A stretch of 64,000 nucleotides of DNA from contig NC_087249.1 in NCBI RefSeq assembly GCF_037042905.1, positions 8,186,001-8,250,000 of the forward strand. Reading direction: 5' to 3'. Below, piece after piece: positions 37,001 to 49,225 of this stretch (position 1 is the stretch's first letter; every line of letters starts with the position of its first letter). The notes beneath the pieces are model-generated. The model saw only the letters and a list, made by a program, of their open reading frames with translations, did not search any database and was not told where the DNA came from. The DNA comes from Lytechinus pictus (taxonomy: Eukaryota). The translations under genes and the position numbers were made by a program.

Positions 37001-39762
37001 CATCAATATGCATGAGGTTGTAATGAATATGCATGATTCGAACGGTGTTCTAATATCAATTTATTTGTTAACTCGAGAGGGCGGAAACAAAATATATCGG
37101 TTAAACGATATATTATAATATATATTTCACCCCTCAATATCATGAAAACAGAAGAGTTATACCAATTTCTTTTGAGTGATAAAGTAGAGCATTGATATAG
37201 ATATTTAATGAAAATAATATCTTTACAATTGATTCACTGACCTTGTCTGAGATCAACCAATCATACACTATACCTTTAAGTTTTTGAAATGACATCCTAA
37301 CTTAGAAAGTATATGGACCTAGTTCATGAAACTTGGGCATAAGGTTAATCAAGTATTAGTGAACATCCTGCTCGAGTTTCAGGTCACGTGACCAAGGTCA
37401 AAGGTCATTTAGGGTCAATGAACTTTGGTCAAGTTGGGGGTATTTGTTTAATTACTATCATAACTTTGAAAATTGATGGATCTAGTTCATGAAATTTGGA
37501 CATAAGGTTAATCAAGTATGAGTGAACATCCTGCCTGAGTTTCAGGTCACATGACCAAGGTCAAAGGTCATTTAGGGTCAATGAACTTTGGCCAAGTTGG
37601 GGGTATTTGTTGAATTACCATCATAACTTTGAAAATTTATGGATCTAGTTCATGAAACTTGGACATTAGGTTAATCAAGTACCACTGAATATCCTGTGCG
37701 AGTTTCAGGTCACATGACCATGGTCAATGGTCATTTAAGGTCAATGAACTTTGGCCGTGTTGGGGGTATTTGTTAAATTATTCCTAACTCTGAAAGTTTA
37801 TGGATCTAGTTCATAAAACTTGGACATAAGAGTAATCAAGTATCACTGAACATCCTGTACGAGTTTCAGGTCACATGACCATGGTCAAAGGTCAATGAAC
37901 TTTGGCCATGTTGGGGGTATTTGTTGAATTCCTAACTCTGAAAGTTTATAGATCTAGTTCATAAAACTTGGGATATAAGAGTAATCAAGTATCACTGAAC
38001 ATCCCCTGTGAGTTTCAGGTCACAAAACCAAGGTCAAAGGTCAGTTAAGGTCAATAAACTTAGGCCATGTTGGGGTAATTGTTGAATTGCCATCATAACT
38101 TTGAAAGTTTATGGATAGAGTGAATGAAATGTGGACATGGGTGTAGTTGACAAGTCTTAAGTCACCGTTCAAATGTCATTTATGGTCATTGAACGTGGTA
38201 TTATGTCATTATATGAATGGTGTTTTTGTGAATGATTATTTTATTGTAGTTTTCAAAGTTAGCACTGCTGCTATATTAAATCGCGTAATGCAGGCGAGAC
38301 TGCCAGAGGCGTTCCACTTGTTATAGCGCTAACGTTCGCTGATGTGTGTTGCTTTTGATAAAATGAATGAACAACATTGCAATGTGTAGGAGCAGCGCAC
38401 AATTGATTTCCGCTGTCCATCAGTGACAGCGTGTTTTACGACCGGCTTGATGGGCGTCAGCTGCCAGCGCTCTGTTTATAAAATGATTAGTGGTGACGGT
38501 CTTCGGCCGAAAGGTGGGGATTTATTGAATGTCCATTTGTAATAGGTCCATGCTGCAACCATCCTGCCTGTGGGGAATCTACAGGTAGGACTATGGTATG
38601 TCAATGCTGTACGGAGCACACACTTTAAAAAATCATTAAAATATCACTTTTGTGACCAAAATTACTAATTTCCATACAGTTGCAATTTATTTTTCATTAG
38701 TATAAATAGTAACTTGGGAATAATTTTTGTATTCACCAGAGCACTCAAAAACTTGAATTTTGGGCATATTTTTGGTTATTTTTTTTGGTTGCAGTGAACA
38801 AGTGATTCACTCCCGCATTATGCTCAGAGTCCTTGTCGCATAAAGGCAATCTGGAAGAATGCCTTTGGCTTTATATTGTATGTGCAAATTCAGTGCATTT
38901 GAGTTTTCTATTTTTGTTAAATTATTTGTTGATATTTTGAGGATACAATCCTAAATTTGCGAGAAAGTTCGTGAACTCAGAGCAAAACCCCAAATTTATT
39001 CATTATTAGCACATTTATCGTCGATCCCGCTTCTTAAATCTGAGCTAAGCCGTTTCGTGCTGTGGAAATTGGCGCAGATTCCACATTTTCAAGGGCAAAA
39101 TTGACTTTTCAAGGGAATTTTGGAGTTGAAATCGGGACTTTTCTGTGATGAGTGTTACTTGTCTGTATATGATAATGTGTATGGTGTTTTTTTATGCTTT
39201 TAAAATAATTTTTGTCTCTTAAGTAAATTGAGGTGGCCTCAAAAAATTTTCTTCGCCTAAAACATTGCTAGCATTGCCAAAATTTTCTTGCTGAACTTAC
39301 ATTAAAAAAAAAAGTTTTGATCAAGCATTAACTTTTGCAAAGAAAAGTCAGTTTTTTATTTTCTCAAAACATGCAGAATGATTATGAATGATCGTCATAT
39401 TTTTACAAGTAATAATTCATCACCTGCCTTTGGAAAATGGGTTTCAAACCATTACTTACTTGCAGTTATTCCTAGTCATGTGTGACTGATACAAACAAGT
39501 GCAGTGAGAGACACTTTAAAGAATAATTTTGTATTAGTGATTATTACTCTGTGCATCTCCAGTAGTCCGGATCTGGCTTTTATCATGGAAAACAATTACG
39601 CAATCATTAAGCCGATCGCCAACCAGGCAATTGAAAATGAAGTTTTAGTGATCGGCCCATGACTACTTCTATGCAAATGTTCTATTGTCTTTTTTTTACT
39701 CCTCATGTTCCAATGTATGTTTATAACTTTTTTTCTGCAGAGACACTGGATAGCTGGCCACC

Positions 39763-39922
39763 ATGACAACTTCTTCTTCTGTTACGCCGGAGAGCTTGCG
39801 CAAGAGACTGGGTCAGTTAACAGGCGCACAAGACAGTATACAGTCCGTGTCATATTGGATTATTCATCACAAGAATCACTATCGTCAGATCCTGGATTGT
39901 TGGTTTGATATTTACAAAGATG
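39763..39922 (+). CDS. RPRD2: RPRD2 coding exon 1 (CID N-terminus; exon starts at 39741 after an AG acceptor)
   Basis: Kozak GCCACCATG; QDSIQSVSYWIIHHKNH CID motif; G|GTAAGT donor. Confidence 0.9.
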
Positions 39923-39938
39923 GTAAGTTTTATATTAA

Positions 39939-40079
39939 GGGGCCCATTTCATGAGACCTGTTATAATGGCAAGTTTGGATTAACAGTTTACTGAAATAAT
40001 TCAATGTGATTGGCTGATGGCAAACTTGTTCGAGAAATGGTGCATTTGTCATTATAACAAGTGATTATGAAACGGGACC
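39939..40079. mobile_element. Short Harbinger-like MITE just after the donor site
   Basis: GGGGCCCATTTCATGA..TGTTATAATG / CATTATAACA..TTATGAAACGGGACC. Confidence 0.6.
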
Positions 40080-40685
40080 AATCTTCAGTCATGGGAGAGA
40101 TGACAAATTCGTAGACAAATTTGGGTCCAGAATATATCACCTCTCACATACTGTAACACATGGAAATTAATATGAATATGTTTGGGCAAAAAATATGGTG
40201 ACTGATACCTCAAGCTGTTTGTAAGTGACTAACATGCAACTGTGGGCTTGTTCCTATGTTTATGATGCATGTATATCCCACATTATCCTTGTCGTCCAGT
40301 AAAGTGCAAGTGACACTGAACTGACTGAAGTCACTGAATTGATCAACTAACAACACACCTTTTAATATACAAATACCCGCTTGCCAGCATTGGTCTCTTA
40401 TTCTTTAATTATCTTTTGCATTATATGTTTGTTTTGTTTCATTGTAAATACTCTTTTCCTCTTTGTGTAATGCACTTTGTATCTTTTAAGAGAATGCCCT
40501 GATGAGGCCTGATGCATCCTAAATGGAACAGTGTATTGTAATGTGTTCAGTACATCAAAGAATACCCGAATTGGTAGACTAGCTTAGCCTTGGTATTATA
40601 GGAGTGCCTTGAGCTATAGTATACTGATCGTACTGTATATTATTATTATTTATTTCTGAATGGTTAGAAAGTATTCTATTTATAT

Positions 40686-42465
40686 TAAGCCTGAGTCAAA
40701 TCGATTTTAAAATCGGTGTTCGATCGATGTCATCGAGCGCCGGTGCAGATTTTTGCAAAATCGGTGCATCGAAAAAAAGAAAAAAAAACGTCGGCCGGCC
40801 GATTCGTTTGGTTCACACAATCAATCATCAAAAATCAAAATAACAGTAATGTCCAACTTGACTATACTACTTACTTGATTTATTTTGCCCCCAAAATGAA
40901 ACCGATTGTGTAATTATGATGCCTATTCACAATTTTGAAGTTTATTTCGATCATAGTTTGAGTCTTACTTGTCTGCTCGTGCCGAGATAATTTATGCACG
41001 ATGAATTCATGAATGGAAGTCATCGCCATCGATCGTGCATGCGCAGTACTGTGCTTTAATCATACTAGAAAATGGCCGGAAATTTACGCGATCAACGTAA
41101 AATAAATCTTGCTTTCATGAACAATATTAATATCATGACCATAGAACATTATTCAATCGTAATATTTAAAAAAAATTTGCATATGATAATCATTAATATG
41201 AATTAAGAGCTTGATGTGAAACGTTTGTATTTCGTTTCAATTTTCAATGACGGACATCACATGACGATCGACTTGAGCGAGTGCACCAGGAGTGCACTTG
41301 TCTAAAAAAAATAATTATCACGTCAGGATTGATTCTCGAACATTGTCAACATGCAAAAACTCTTTTCAAGATCGTAATATCACCATATAATAACATTTTA
41401 CATGACAAAACAGAGAAAATTGCGTTTGATATTTTTTTCCCATCAATTTGAAGCTAGTTTGTGCCCAACTTTGGGCTCTGATCTCATGAATGGAAAATAT
41501 GTCATACGTCATCGAACGCGCATGCGCATTGTGCTTCTTTTCTCGGAGCTCGGAGACGTCGTCCAGAGATGGAATAGAAATAAAGATAATGCCAGTATAA
41601 TACTATTAATTCTTCCATATGAACATAACATACTTTGCTGACATCGTCATTATTTTTAGTATATGGCCCTAAAATCTTATCAAATCGTAATAATTTAACA
41701 TCCAATAATAATTTATATGAATTTAGAGCTCGATCCGAGACATTCGTATTTATTTCGATCGCATGCTCATGCCTACGTCTGACTCTAAAATAAAGAATGT
41801 ATTATCAGGATTAATTCTCAAACATCGTCATAACTCATATTCCACAATATTTCCTCACAATCGTTATATCAGCATTGAATACCAATTCAAATGACCATCC
41901 AGAGAAAATTACGTATTTATTCCCATCAATTTATTTTGAGCTCATTTTGGATCCAACTACCCCGCCAACTACACAATCTCAGGCAAGTTACAGCACTCTC
42001 CCCTGGTCGTACTTGTTTGCTGGTGCTGGCAAGCATGCCTGTCGTTTCGGGAGAGTGATACGGGGCTGGTGTGTGCGAGTGCTAGTTGACCGAAAATCAT
42101 TCGGAATCGACTCTGCGTGATTCATGTCTTTGATATTGTTTTATTTTAAACTTATATGTTGTCATCTGCAAATATCATTGTTGGCGATATTTTGGGAAGA
42201 ATTTTGCATTGGTCCCAGTCCTTTTTTGTGTTTTGTGATGATGGAAAATACAAACGAAATTTGCTCCGTCATCTGCTTGTGCAACGCTCACCTGACTAGC
42301 GCATACCGTCAGTGCATGCAGTGCGTGCATAGCGCATCGACGCGACGGCCGGAGCAAAACAAAATGACTCGATTTCCCCGCCTTCAAAATTCGATGCATC
42401 GATGTTCGATCGAATTAAAGCTGTCGAACACCGGTTTTCAAAATAATCGATATGACTCAGGCTTA
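40686..42465. mobile_element. Non-autonomous hAT element (1.78 kb)
   Basis: TAAGCCTGAGTCA / TGACTCAGGCTTA TIR; perfect 8-bp TSD ATTTATAT; CpG-rich. Confidence 0.9.
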
Positions 42466-42487
42466 ATTTATATCATTTTGTTGACAG

Positions 42488-42617
42488 CCAAATCTCGCAT
42501 GAAGCTTACCCTCCTGTATCTGGCCAATGATGTGATTCAGAACAGCAAGCGGAAGGGGACCACGGTCTTTGTAGATGCCTTCAAGAATGTTTTAGAAGAT
42601 GCTGCCAACCTCTGCCA
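42488..42617 (+). CDS. RPRD2: RPRD2 coding exon 2 (LYLANDVIQNSKRK)
   Basis: Hallmark CID motif; phase 1 in, phase 2 out; GTGAGT donor. Confidence 0.93.
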
Positions 42618-43147
42618 GTGAGTATGAATGCAAGAATGTTATTTCTGTATTATCTTTTTTTGTATAGGGACTAGGCCCAAATGTTTCTTTCCGGAAAAAA
42701 AAACGGGTTTGGAAATCTCTTGTCATGTGAAAATTTAAGGAACTTAAGTTTAATATTGAACTGGCTAATTTTCAAGTCTCTGGCACTGTCAAGATTTAAA
42801 TATCTGCATTTTTTTTCCTTTATAAAAGCAACATCTCAAGTATAGATTGTAGAATGAACTGAAAATTTCAGGAACTTGTCTTATGTAGCTTTCTGATGTA
42901 TCAAAGTCAGGTGTTTTCAAAGTCAGGGCTTTCTTTATGCAGGCTCTGAGGAATCATGTTCTCAGGTTGTCTGTGTTGCTTCCTCATGTATGCATGAGTG
43001 AGTAAAAACAAGCTGAGGAAAAGGGTACCCAAAATAATTAGCTTGACGCTATCTGAATTTCAAAGAGAAAATCATGTCTCAAAAGTCCAATACAGATATC
43101 TGCTCTTTCTTTATTAATATGATAGCTTATTTGAAGAAAATGTTTAA

Positions 43148-43729
43148 AGGGATGGTCCGGGCTGAAAATATTTATATCTTAATACATAGAGTAGAATTCA
43201 CTTAGCAAAATGCCGAAAATTTCATCAAAATCGGATAACAAATAATAAAGTTATTAAAGTTTAAAATTTAGCAATATTTTGTGAAAACAGTCGTCATGAA
43301 TATTCATTAGGTGGGCTGATGATGTTACATCTCCACTTTCCGTTTTCTTATGTTATTACATAAAATCATAATTTTTTCATTATTTCATACATGTGTGAAT
43401 AATATGTCTCCCTTATAATGAAATAAGTTGCAGCAATAAATATCTAATGCACTAAATCAGTTGTCAATCCAATTTGTCTAGTTCTTGGAGGAAAAAATTT
43501 GAATAAACTTAATTTCATATAATAAAATACAAAAGAACAAGTGGAGATGTGACATCATCAGCCCACCTAATGAATATTCATGACGACTGTTTTCACAAAA
43601 TATTGCTAAACTTTAAAATTCAATAACTTTGTTATTTGTTATCCGATTTTGATGAAATTTTCGGCATTTTGCTCAGTGAATTCTACTCTATTTATTAAGC
43701 TGTACATACTTTCAGCTCGGACCATCCCT
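43148..43729. mobile_element. Kolobok-type MITE (TIRs about 190 bp) inserted in an old Tc1-type MITE
   Basis: TTAA|AGGGATGGTCCG...CGGACCATCCCT|TTAA. Confidence 0.88.
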
Positions 43730-44231
43730 TTAAGGAATAACAAAGTTCTGTTTCTTTATTAATAATGCTTGAAAATAAATATGTTTTTCAGGCTAGTTGT
43801 CTGATTTACTCGGTACTCAACACTGTTTTGTTGACCATGCGTTTTCTATGGCAGGCAATCAGTGAAGACGCATGTAGTTCATGAAATACAGAAATGCAAG
43901 CATTATTTTAAAGAAACAGAACTTTGTTATTCATTGGTCATTTCCTTTCATTTTGTCTCAAATTAAAGAGCAGTATTGTAAGAAAAACATTTTACCATCC
44001 GCCAAGTGATTGTTTTTATAATGATGGTCATTTGTCCATTTTATTTGTGGTTAAGTTATGATAAAGATAAATTTTTGAATATCATACCAGTTAAAGGTAT
44101 GTGAAAATGAAACTTATCCATTAAAACAATATCACAGAATCAAGGCATCCCTTATAAAATACAAGCATACAGCATCAGCAAATTCCTATTTTCTGACATA
44201 TCTCTTTAAATTTTCATATCCGTGTGCACAG

Positions 44232-44344
44232 AGATGACTCGATCAAAAAGAATGTCTTACGACTTTTCAAGATTTGGGGAGAGAGGAGCATTTATGAAAA
44301 GGACTTCTGTGATAAACTCATTGCAGCTGTAGGAAAACAACAAC
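44232..44344 (+). CDS. RPRD2: RPRD2 coding exon 3 (RLFKIWGERSIY)
   Basis: CID C-terminal helices; phase-consistent; C|GTAAGT donor. Confidence 0.92.
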
Positions 44345-46489
44345 GTAAGTTACAGTGTCCTTATATATTTTTTAAAGGTTTTCTGAGGTTTGTATGTCCA
44401 GATTTATTACATATTGGGTTTTCACGAGGTATGATGTTTTGGGGTTGTCCGTCTATCTGACCCATTTTTTGTTGCTGTGATATTTTTAAATTCTTTGAAC
44501 GGGTTATCTTCAACCTTGGCTTGTGTGTGTATGCAGGAGTCATGAGTTATGAGGATTTCAAGGTCTAAGGTCAAAGGTAACAGCTCTTGGTCATTATTAG
44601 ACCAAAAGCTTCAGTCTCTGTATCTTGGTTGTTACGCTGAATTGCGTTGGCTCCACACACCAATACATAGACTGAAGAGTTGTTGACCCATATGTAAAAA
44701 CAACGTATTAGCAGTAACGTTAGGTCTAACATTCGGCAGAAACCCGATTTTCTGATATTTTTTTGTACATAAAATGTCACGTATTATAAAAAAGAAATTA
44801 CAGGTACATCCAACTTTACAAGAAAATATATAAAATTCAGAAATAGCGTACCTTAGAGCGCAGTTACCGCTAATTCCTTTCAAATGATCAAAATATAGTC
44901 ATCCTCGATCCTTTCGTTGGTCATTGTAGTTGCCATCTTGGATGTTGTACACTTGTAATCATCCTTACAGACGTCTTTACCAGTGGCCATATATCGCTAT
45001 TTTTGCCGCTACGTTGCGCTTGTTTATGTGGTGCGTTCGGAATTTGTTGCTTGCATTTATTGGCCAGGATATTGAAAATGCTAATCGGAAAGCCTTCATA
45101 AAAGCCTAACTCAACAAACGTAGAGGGCAGCAACACACGTCTGCCAGTTTTTCCTCTTCGGCAATACATTTTTTTGAATAATGAATAAATCCTTGGTAAC
45201 GTATATTTTTTAATATTTTCTTGGAATATCAAAATTATATCAAAAGAAAGATTAGAGTCTAGATATCGAAAATAGTGGGCCATCGTTCAAGATAATATAA
45301 TGTCATTTAGACCTAAAAAAAAAAAAATCTACACAAAACACTATAGGCCCAAATTGGGCGACATGATTACACATGCGGGCTCGCACTAACGTAGTACCGT
45401 CGGTGAATGGGGATGATAGTAAAATGTCAGAAATTGTTAAATAAATCCCCAGAAACGATGGTTATTCCTGTCTAGGTCATTATATACCAGAAAATGGCTA
45501 AAAATTCTAATTATTTCAACATGTATAGAATCATGAGACAAATTCAGTATCAGACTTAGCTTGCGTATGTAGGAAGAAAACCGTAGGTTGGGGGCATATG
45601 GCCATAAAGTCCTTAATATGACCCATGCTTGATGTACAGTCATTGTAACTAGCATCCGTTGCGATCTGATTTTCTAAGAAATTGTAATAGCATTTGATGT
45701 TAACATTCCAACTCATGAAATCTTAACAATCAAAGTTCCAAATAGTGGTAAACTAAAGTCAGAATTTCAATCTATTTTGAGACTCCCTGTGGAATAACAG
45801 CGAATTCCATTCCAATTGTAATGATGTCATCTTTGGCTGCGACTTTACCCAGACCACAAGGCTTGCAGCAAAACAGAATTGCATGTATGATTTTAGTATT
45901 CCAGGCTGTTCCTAGCATGATGCCAAACTTTAAGTAGATTACTTTTACTTCTTAATACTTCCATAAATATTCAACATGTTTATTGCAAAATCGATTTGTT
46001 GGAAGATACCCTCCGCTTTATTTGTGTAGTGTGCATTGGGCATTACATGTAGGAATCGTTTGACAGGTCAGTTTTAATTGACTTGTATTTTAGTGTCATC
46101 TACCTGTCAGGGTGCTACATAACTTTTTTGAAGCACTTGCCCAGTCGGGCAAGTAAATTTTCAAATAGTTAGAAAATACTTGCCCGAATATAGATTTCAC
46201 TTGCCCGAAAAAATCCTTCAAAACAAAGTTTTATTGCTTCAAAACAAGTTATAGCCTTATAGTTTTACATACCATGCCATTGACGGCTTTGAAAATACAT
46301 TTTTCATCATGACTACTGATGTACCTTGTAGTTGTATTCCTTTTTTTAAATGATTTTTATCTTGAACATCATGACAAAATAAATGGTAAATATGCTCTTT
46401 GATTAATTTCCTAATCTCATATATTTTCCATATATTTTGGAAGGGACTAGGACACACAATAAAAAAAGGGGATATGACTGAAAATAACC

Positions 46490-48070
46490 AGAGAAAAAAA
46501 AATTAGAGAGGGGGAGAGAATGAAAGAAAAAAAAGTAAGAAGAAAGACAGAAAAGACGAAGAAATAAAGGAAGGAAGAAAGAAAAAAAAATAAAGAAAGA
46601 AAGAGAGAGAGAGAATGGCTGCGGGGAAGAGAAAGATGGAAAGAAAGAAAGAAAGAAGGGAAAGGAGGATGGAAAGAAAAAAGAAAGAAGGAAAAAATAG
46701 GGGAAAAAATGAGAGGAAGAGAAAGGAAGGAAAGAAAGGAATGAATAAAAGGAAAACAAAGAAAAAGGTAACAGAAAAAAAGGAAAAGGGAAAGAAAGAA
46801 AACGAGAGAAAGGAATTAAAGAAGGAAGAAAGAAAAGGTATAAGGATAGATGGAAGGAAGGAAAAAAGAAAAAGATACAACGAAAGACAGAAAGAAATGA
46901 AGGAAGGAATGAAGGAAAGAGATGAAGGAAGGCAGAAAGAAAAAATAAGGAAGAACAGAAAGGATGGATGGAAAAAAAAAGAAAGAACAAAAGACCAAAA
47001 AAAAAGAAAATCAGAAAGAAAGAAGGAAAGAAGGAAAGAAAGGAAGAAAGAAAGAAAGAAAGAAGGAAGGAAAGAAAAAATAGAAAAAACTGAGGGGAAG
47101 AGAAAGGAAGGAAAGAAAGGAACAAATAAAAAAAGAAAAAGAAAGAAAGAAGGTAGAAAGGAAGAAAGACAAGAGAAAAATAAAAGGTAAAGGATTGATG
47201 GAAGGAAGGAAAAGAGAAAGAAAGAAAATGAGAGAAAGGAAAGAAGGAAGAAAGAAAAGGTACAAGGATAGATGGAAGGAAGGAAAAAAAAAGAAAAAAA
47301 GAAAAGAGGGATACAACAAAAGCCACAGAAAGAAATGAAGGAAGGAATGAAGGAAAGAGATGAAGGAAGGCAGAAAGAAAAAGTAAGGAAGAAAAGAAAG
47401 GATGAAGGAAAAAAAAAGATCAAAAGAACGAAAGACAGAAATAAAGAAAAACAGAAAGAAAGAAGGAAAGAAATGTGGAGCGTTGTGGCCCAGTGGATTA
47501 GTCTTCGGACTTTGAAACAGAGGGTCGTGGGTTCGAATCCCAGCCGTGGCGTAATTTCCTTCAGCAAGAAACTGATCCACAATGTGCTGCACTCAACCCA
47601 GGTGAGGTAAATGGGTACCGGTAGGAAGTAATTCCTTAAAAAGCTGTGTGCGCTATGAACGCCTAGCTTAGCCGGGTAATATAGGAGCGCCTTGAGCACC
47701 TAACAAGGTGGATATGTGCGCAATATAAATACCCTATATTATTATTATTATTAAATAAAAAAAAAAAAGAATGAAAGGGATGCATGAAGAAAGTAAGGAA
47801 GAAAAAAAGACAGGAAGAAAAGGTAAAGAATGGATGGATGGAAGGAAGACAGTAAGAAAGAATGAAAGGAAGGGGAAAAAGAAGGAAGGATTAAAGAAAG
47901 AGGTAAACAAAGGTTGGATGGAAGGAAAAAAGAAAAAAGATAGAAAGAAAAGAATGACAGCTATAGTAACAGAAAAAATGAACAAAAGAAGGAAGGAAAT
48001 TTAAAGAAATAAAGAGAGATTCAAAAGAAGGAAAGATAGGCAGAAAGAAAGAAAATAGAGAGGAAGAAGG
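46490..48070. repeat. Polypurine (GAAA/GGAA) low-complexity tract with internal duplications
   Basis: ACAGAAAGAAATGAAGGAAGGAATGAAGGAAAGAGATGAAGGAAGGCAGAAAGAAAAA at about 46887 and about 47325. Confidence 0.9.
47477..47753 (+). mobile_element. tRNA-derived SINE
   Basis: A box TGGCCCAGTGG, B box GGTTCGAATCC, central ..ACCCAGGTGAGGTAAATGGGTACC, (TAT)n tail. Confidence 0.9.
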
Positions 48071-48798
48071 CTCAAACTATCCAGTCATAAATAAAGAAGA
48101 AAATTAATCAATTTCCTTGGCTAAAAAAAAATAGTTACGAAAGAAACCACGTTTATCAACATACATGTACACACAAATGCATATGTGGGACTGTCAAACG
48201 ATGTATTTCAGTGTGTGCGATACAGACGATCATTCGAAACCCGATCTTTTTGAAGCATAACAGAAGTGAATATTTCTCCTTTTACTGCTTACAAATGACA
48301 GAGCTACATGTACCCCAATTTTTAGGAAATATGGACATTACAAGAATTTTCATTGGTAAGAAATGTGAATTTTGACAGTTCTGTGGGAGATTTCTTCCAG
48401 AGCAAACTTCGTTCGTGCAGCACCGTACTCCGTAGAAACTTAACTACATGCATCGGCTGCGTGGACTGGGTGATAGCTAGCTAGGTATGCTAGACTGCCA
48501 TTGATTCTGTGTGTGTGTGTGTACGTCTCTGAGCTGTGTGTTTCTTGCAGAAAATGGCGCAAATTTTGCAATTCGAATTATAAACTTTTTTGAAAGAAGA
48601 AATACTGCTTTTTTGTCTCTTTTTCTTTTCTATATTTTGATGGTGAAATATGGGGAATCTTTCTAAAATATAATTTCCATAGGAGAATTTTGCTTGCCCG
48701 ATTCGGGCAAGCAGTTTTTGTCTTTGCTTCAAAACACTTGCCCGACTCTAACTTTTACTTGCCCCGGGCAATCGGGCAAGCGCTTATGTCGCACCCTG

Positions 48799-49225
48799 CC
48801 TGTACATACTTATTTTTTTTATTCTGTTGAATATTTATCACCCAAAAACCATTTTGCATATATAATGAGCTGTGACCTTTGACATTCTACCGACAGACTC
48901 CAAATTCGAACTTGACTTGTATTTCAGTGTCATCTACCTACAGTACATACCAAAATATTTTTTAATTCCGTCGAATGTTATCAACTTATCAGCAAGAAAC
49001 CAATCCGCATATATAAATGAGCTATGACTTTTGACCTTGGACTTGAGGGACTCCAAATTCAAAACTTATCTGTACTCTAGTGTGATCTACAGTATACCTA
49101 CGCACCAAAAATAACTAAAATCTGTCAAATATTTTTAAAATCATCACGTTGAAACAAATTAGGGGGACAGACGGACAGTGCAACATTTAATGCCCCCTCG
49201 AGACTTTGTCAGCAGGGCATGAAAA
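48799..49225 (-). mobile_element. HINE-like element (minus strand); further part at about 46060-46107, split by the hAT element
   Basis: TGACCTTTGAC units, GACAGACGGAC microsatellite, ATGCCC..GGGCAT hairpin. Confidence 0.55.

Larger units (their letters stand above)
24765..37275. mobile_element. Giant (12.5 kb) Kolobok-like insertion with cargo
   Basis: TTAA at 24761-24764 and 37276-37279; AGGT..ACCT termini; imperfect TIR with 19 of 24 matches. Confidence 0.7.
24483..38322 (+). mobile_element. Helentron-associated (HINE/DINE-1-like) element in two halves: 24483-24764 and 37276-38322
   Basis: subTIRs GTCTCGCCTGCAT (24488) / ATGCAGGCGAGAC (38288), 5' hairpin, (GGC)n, about 120-bp internal repeats; the halves join at a duplicated TTAA to match the intact copy at 55991-57119. 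Confidence 0.8.
23712..38775. mobile_element. Long-TIR DNA element split by nested insertions (left arm about 23712-24482, right arm about 38323-38775)
   Basis: 23727-23912 is the reverse complement of about 38525-38775 (CCATGGACCTATATTACAAATGGACATTCAA / TTGAATGTCCATTTGTAATAGGTCCATG; AAAAGTGATATTTTAA / TTAAAATATCACTTTT). Confidence 0.65.
46108..48798. mobile_element. hAT-like non-autonomous element with a 5-bp TSD (hAT5-like), holding GA-rich DNA and a SINE
   Basis: CAGGGTGCTACATAA / TTATGTCGCACCCTG; CCTGT on both flanks; CTTGCCCG subterminal repeats. Confidence 0.8.

Noticed and set aside
40495..40540. Other CTGATGA hammerhead candidates (also 2960, 12938, 23394, 30982)
   Set aside because: No convincing stem II followed by GAAA; 40495 may be a decayed PLE end but is unsupported
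47477..47550. tRNA gene
   Set aside because: A and B boxes run into a SINE body with a (TAT)n tail; several diverged copies; same for 57485
46403..48004. Long F/S/L-rich and K/E/R-rich ORFs (up to 398 aa)
   Set aside because: Translations of a polypurine low-complexity tract inside a transposon
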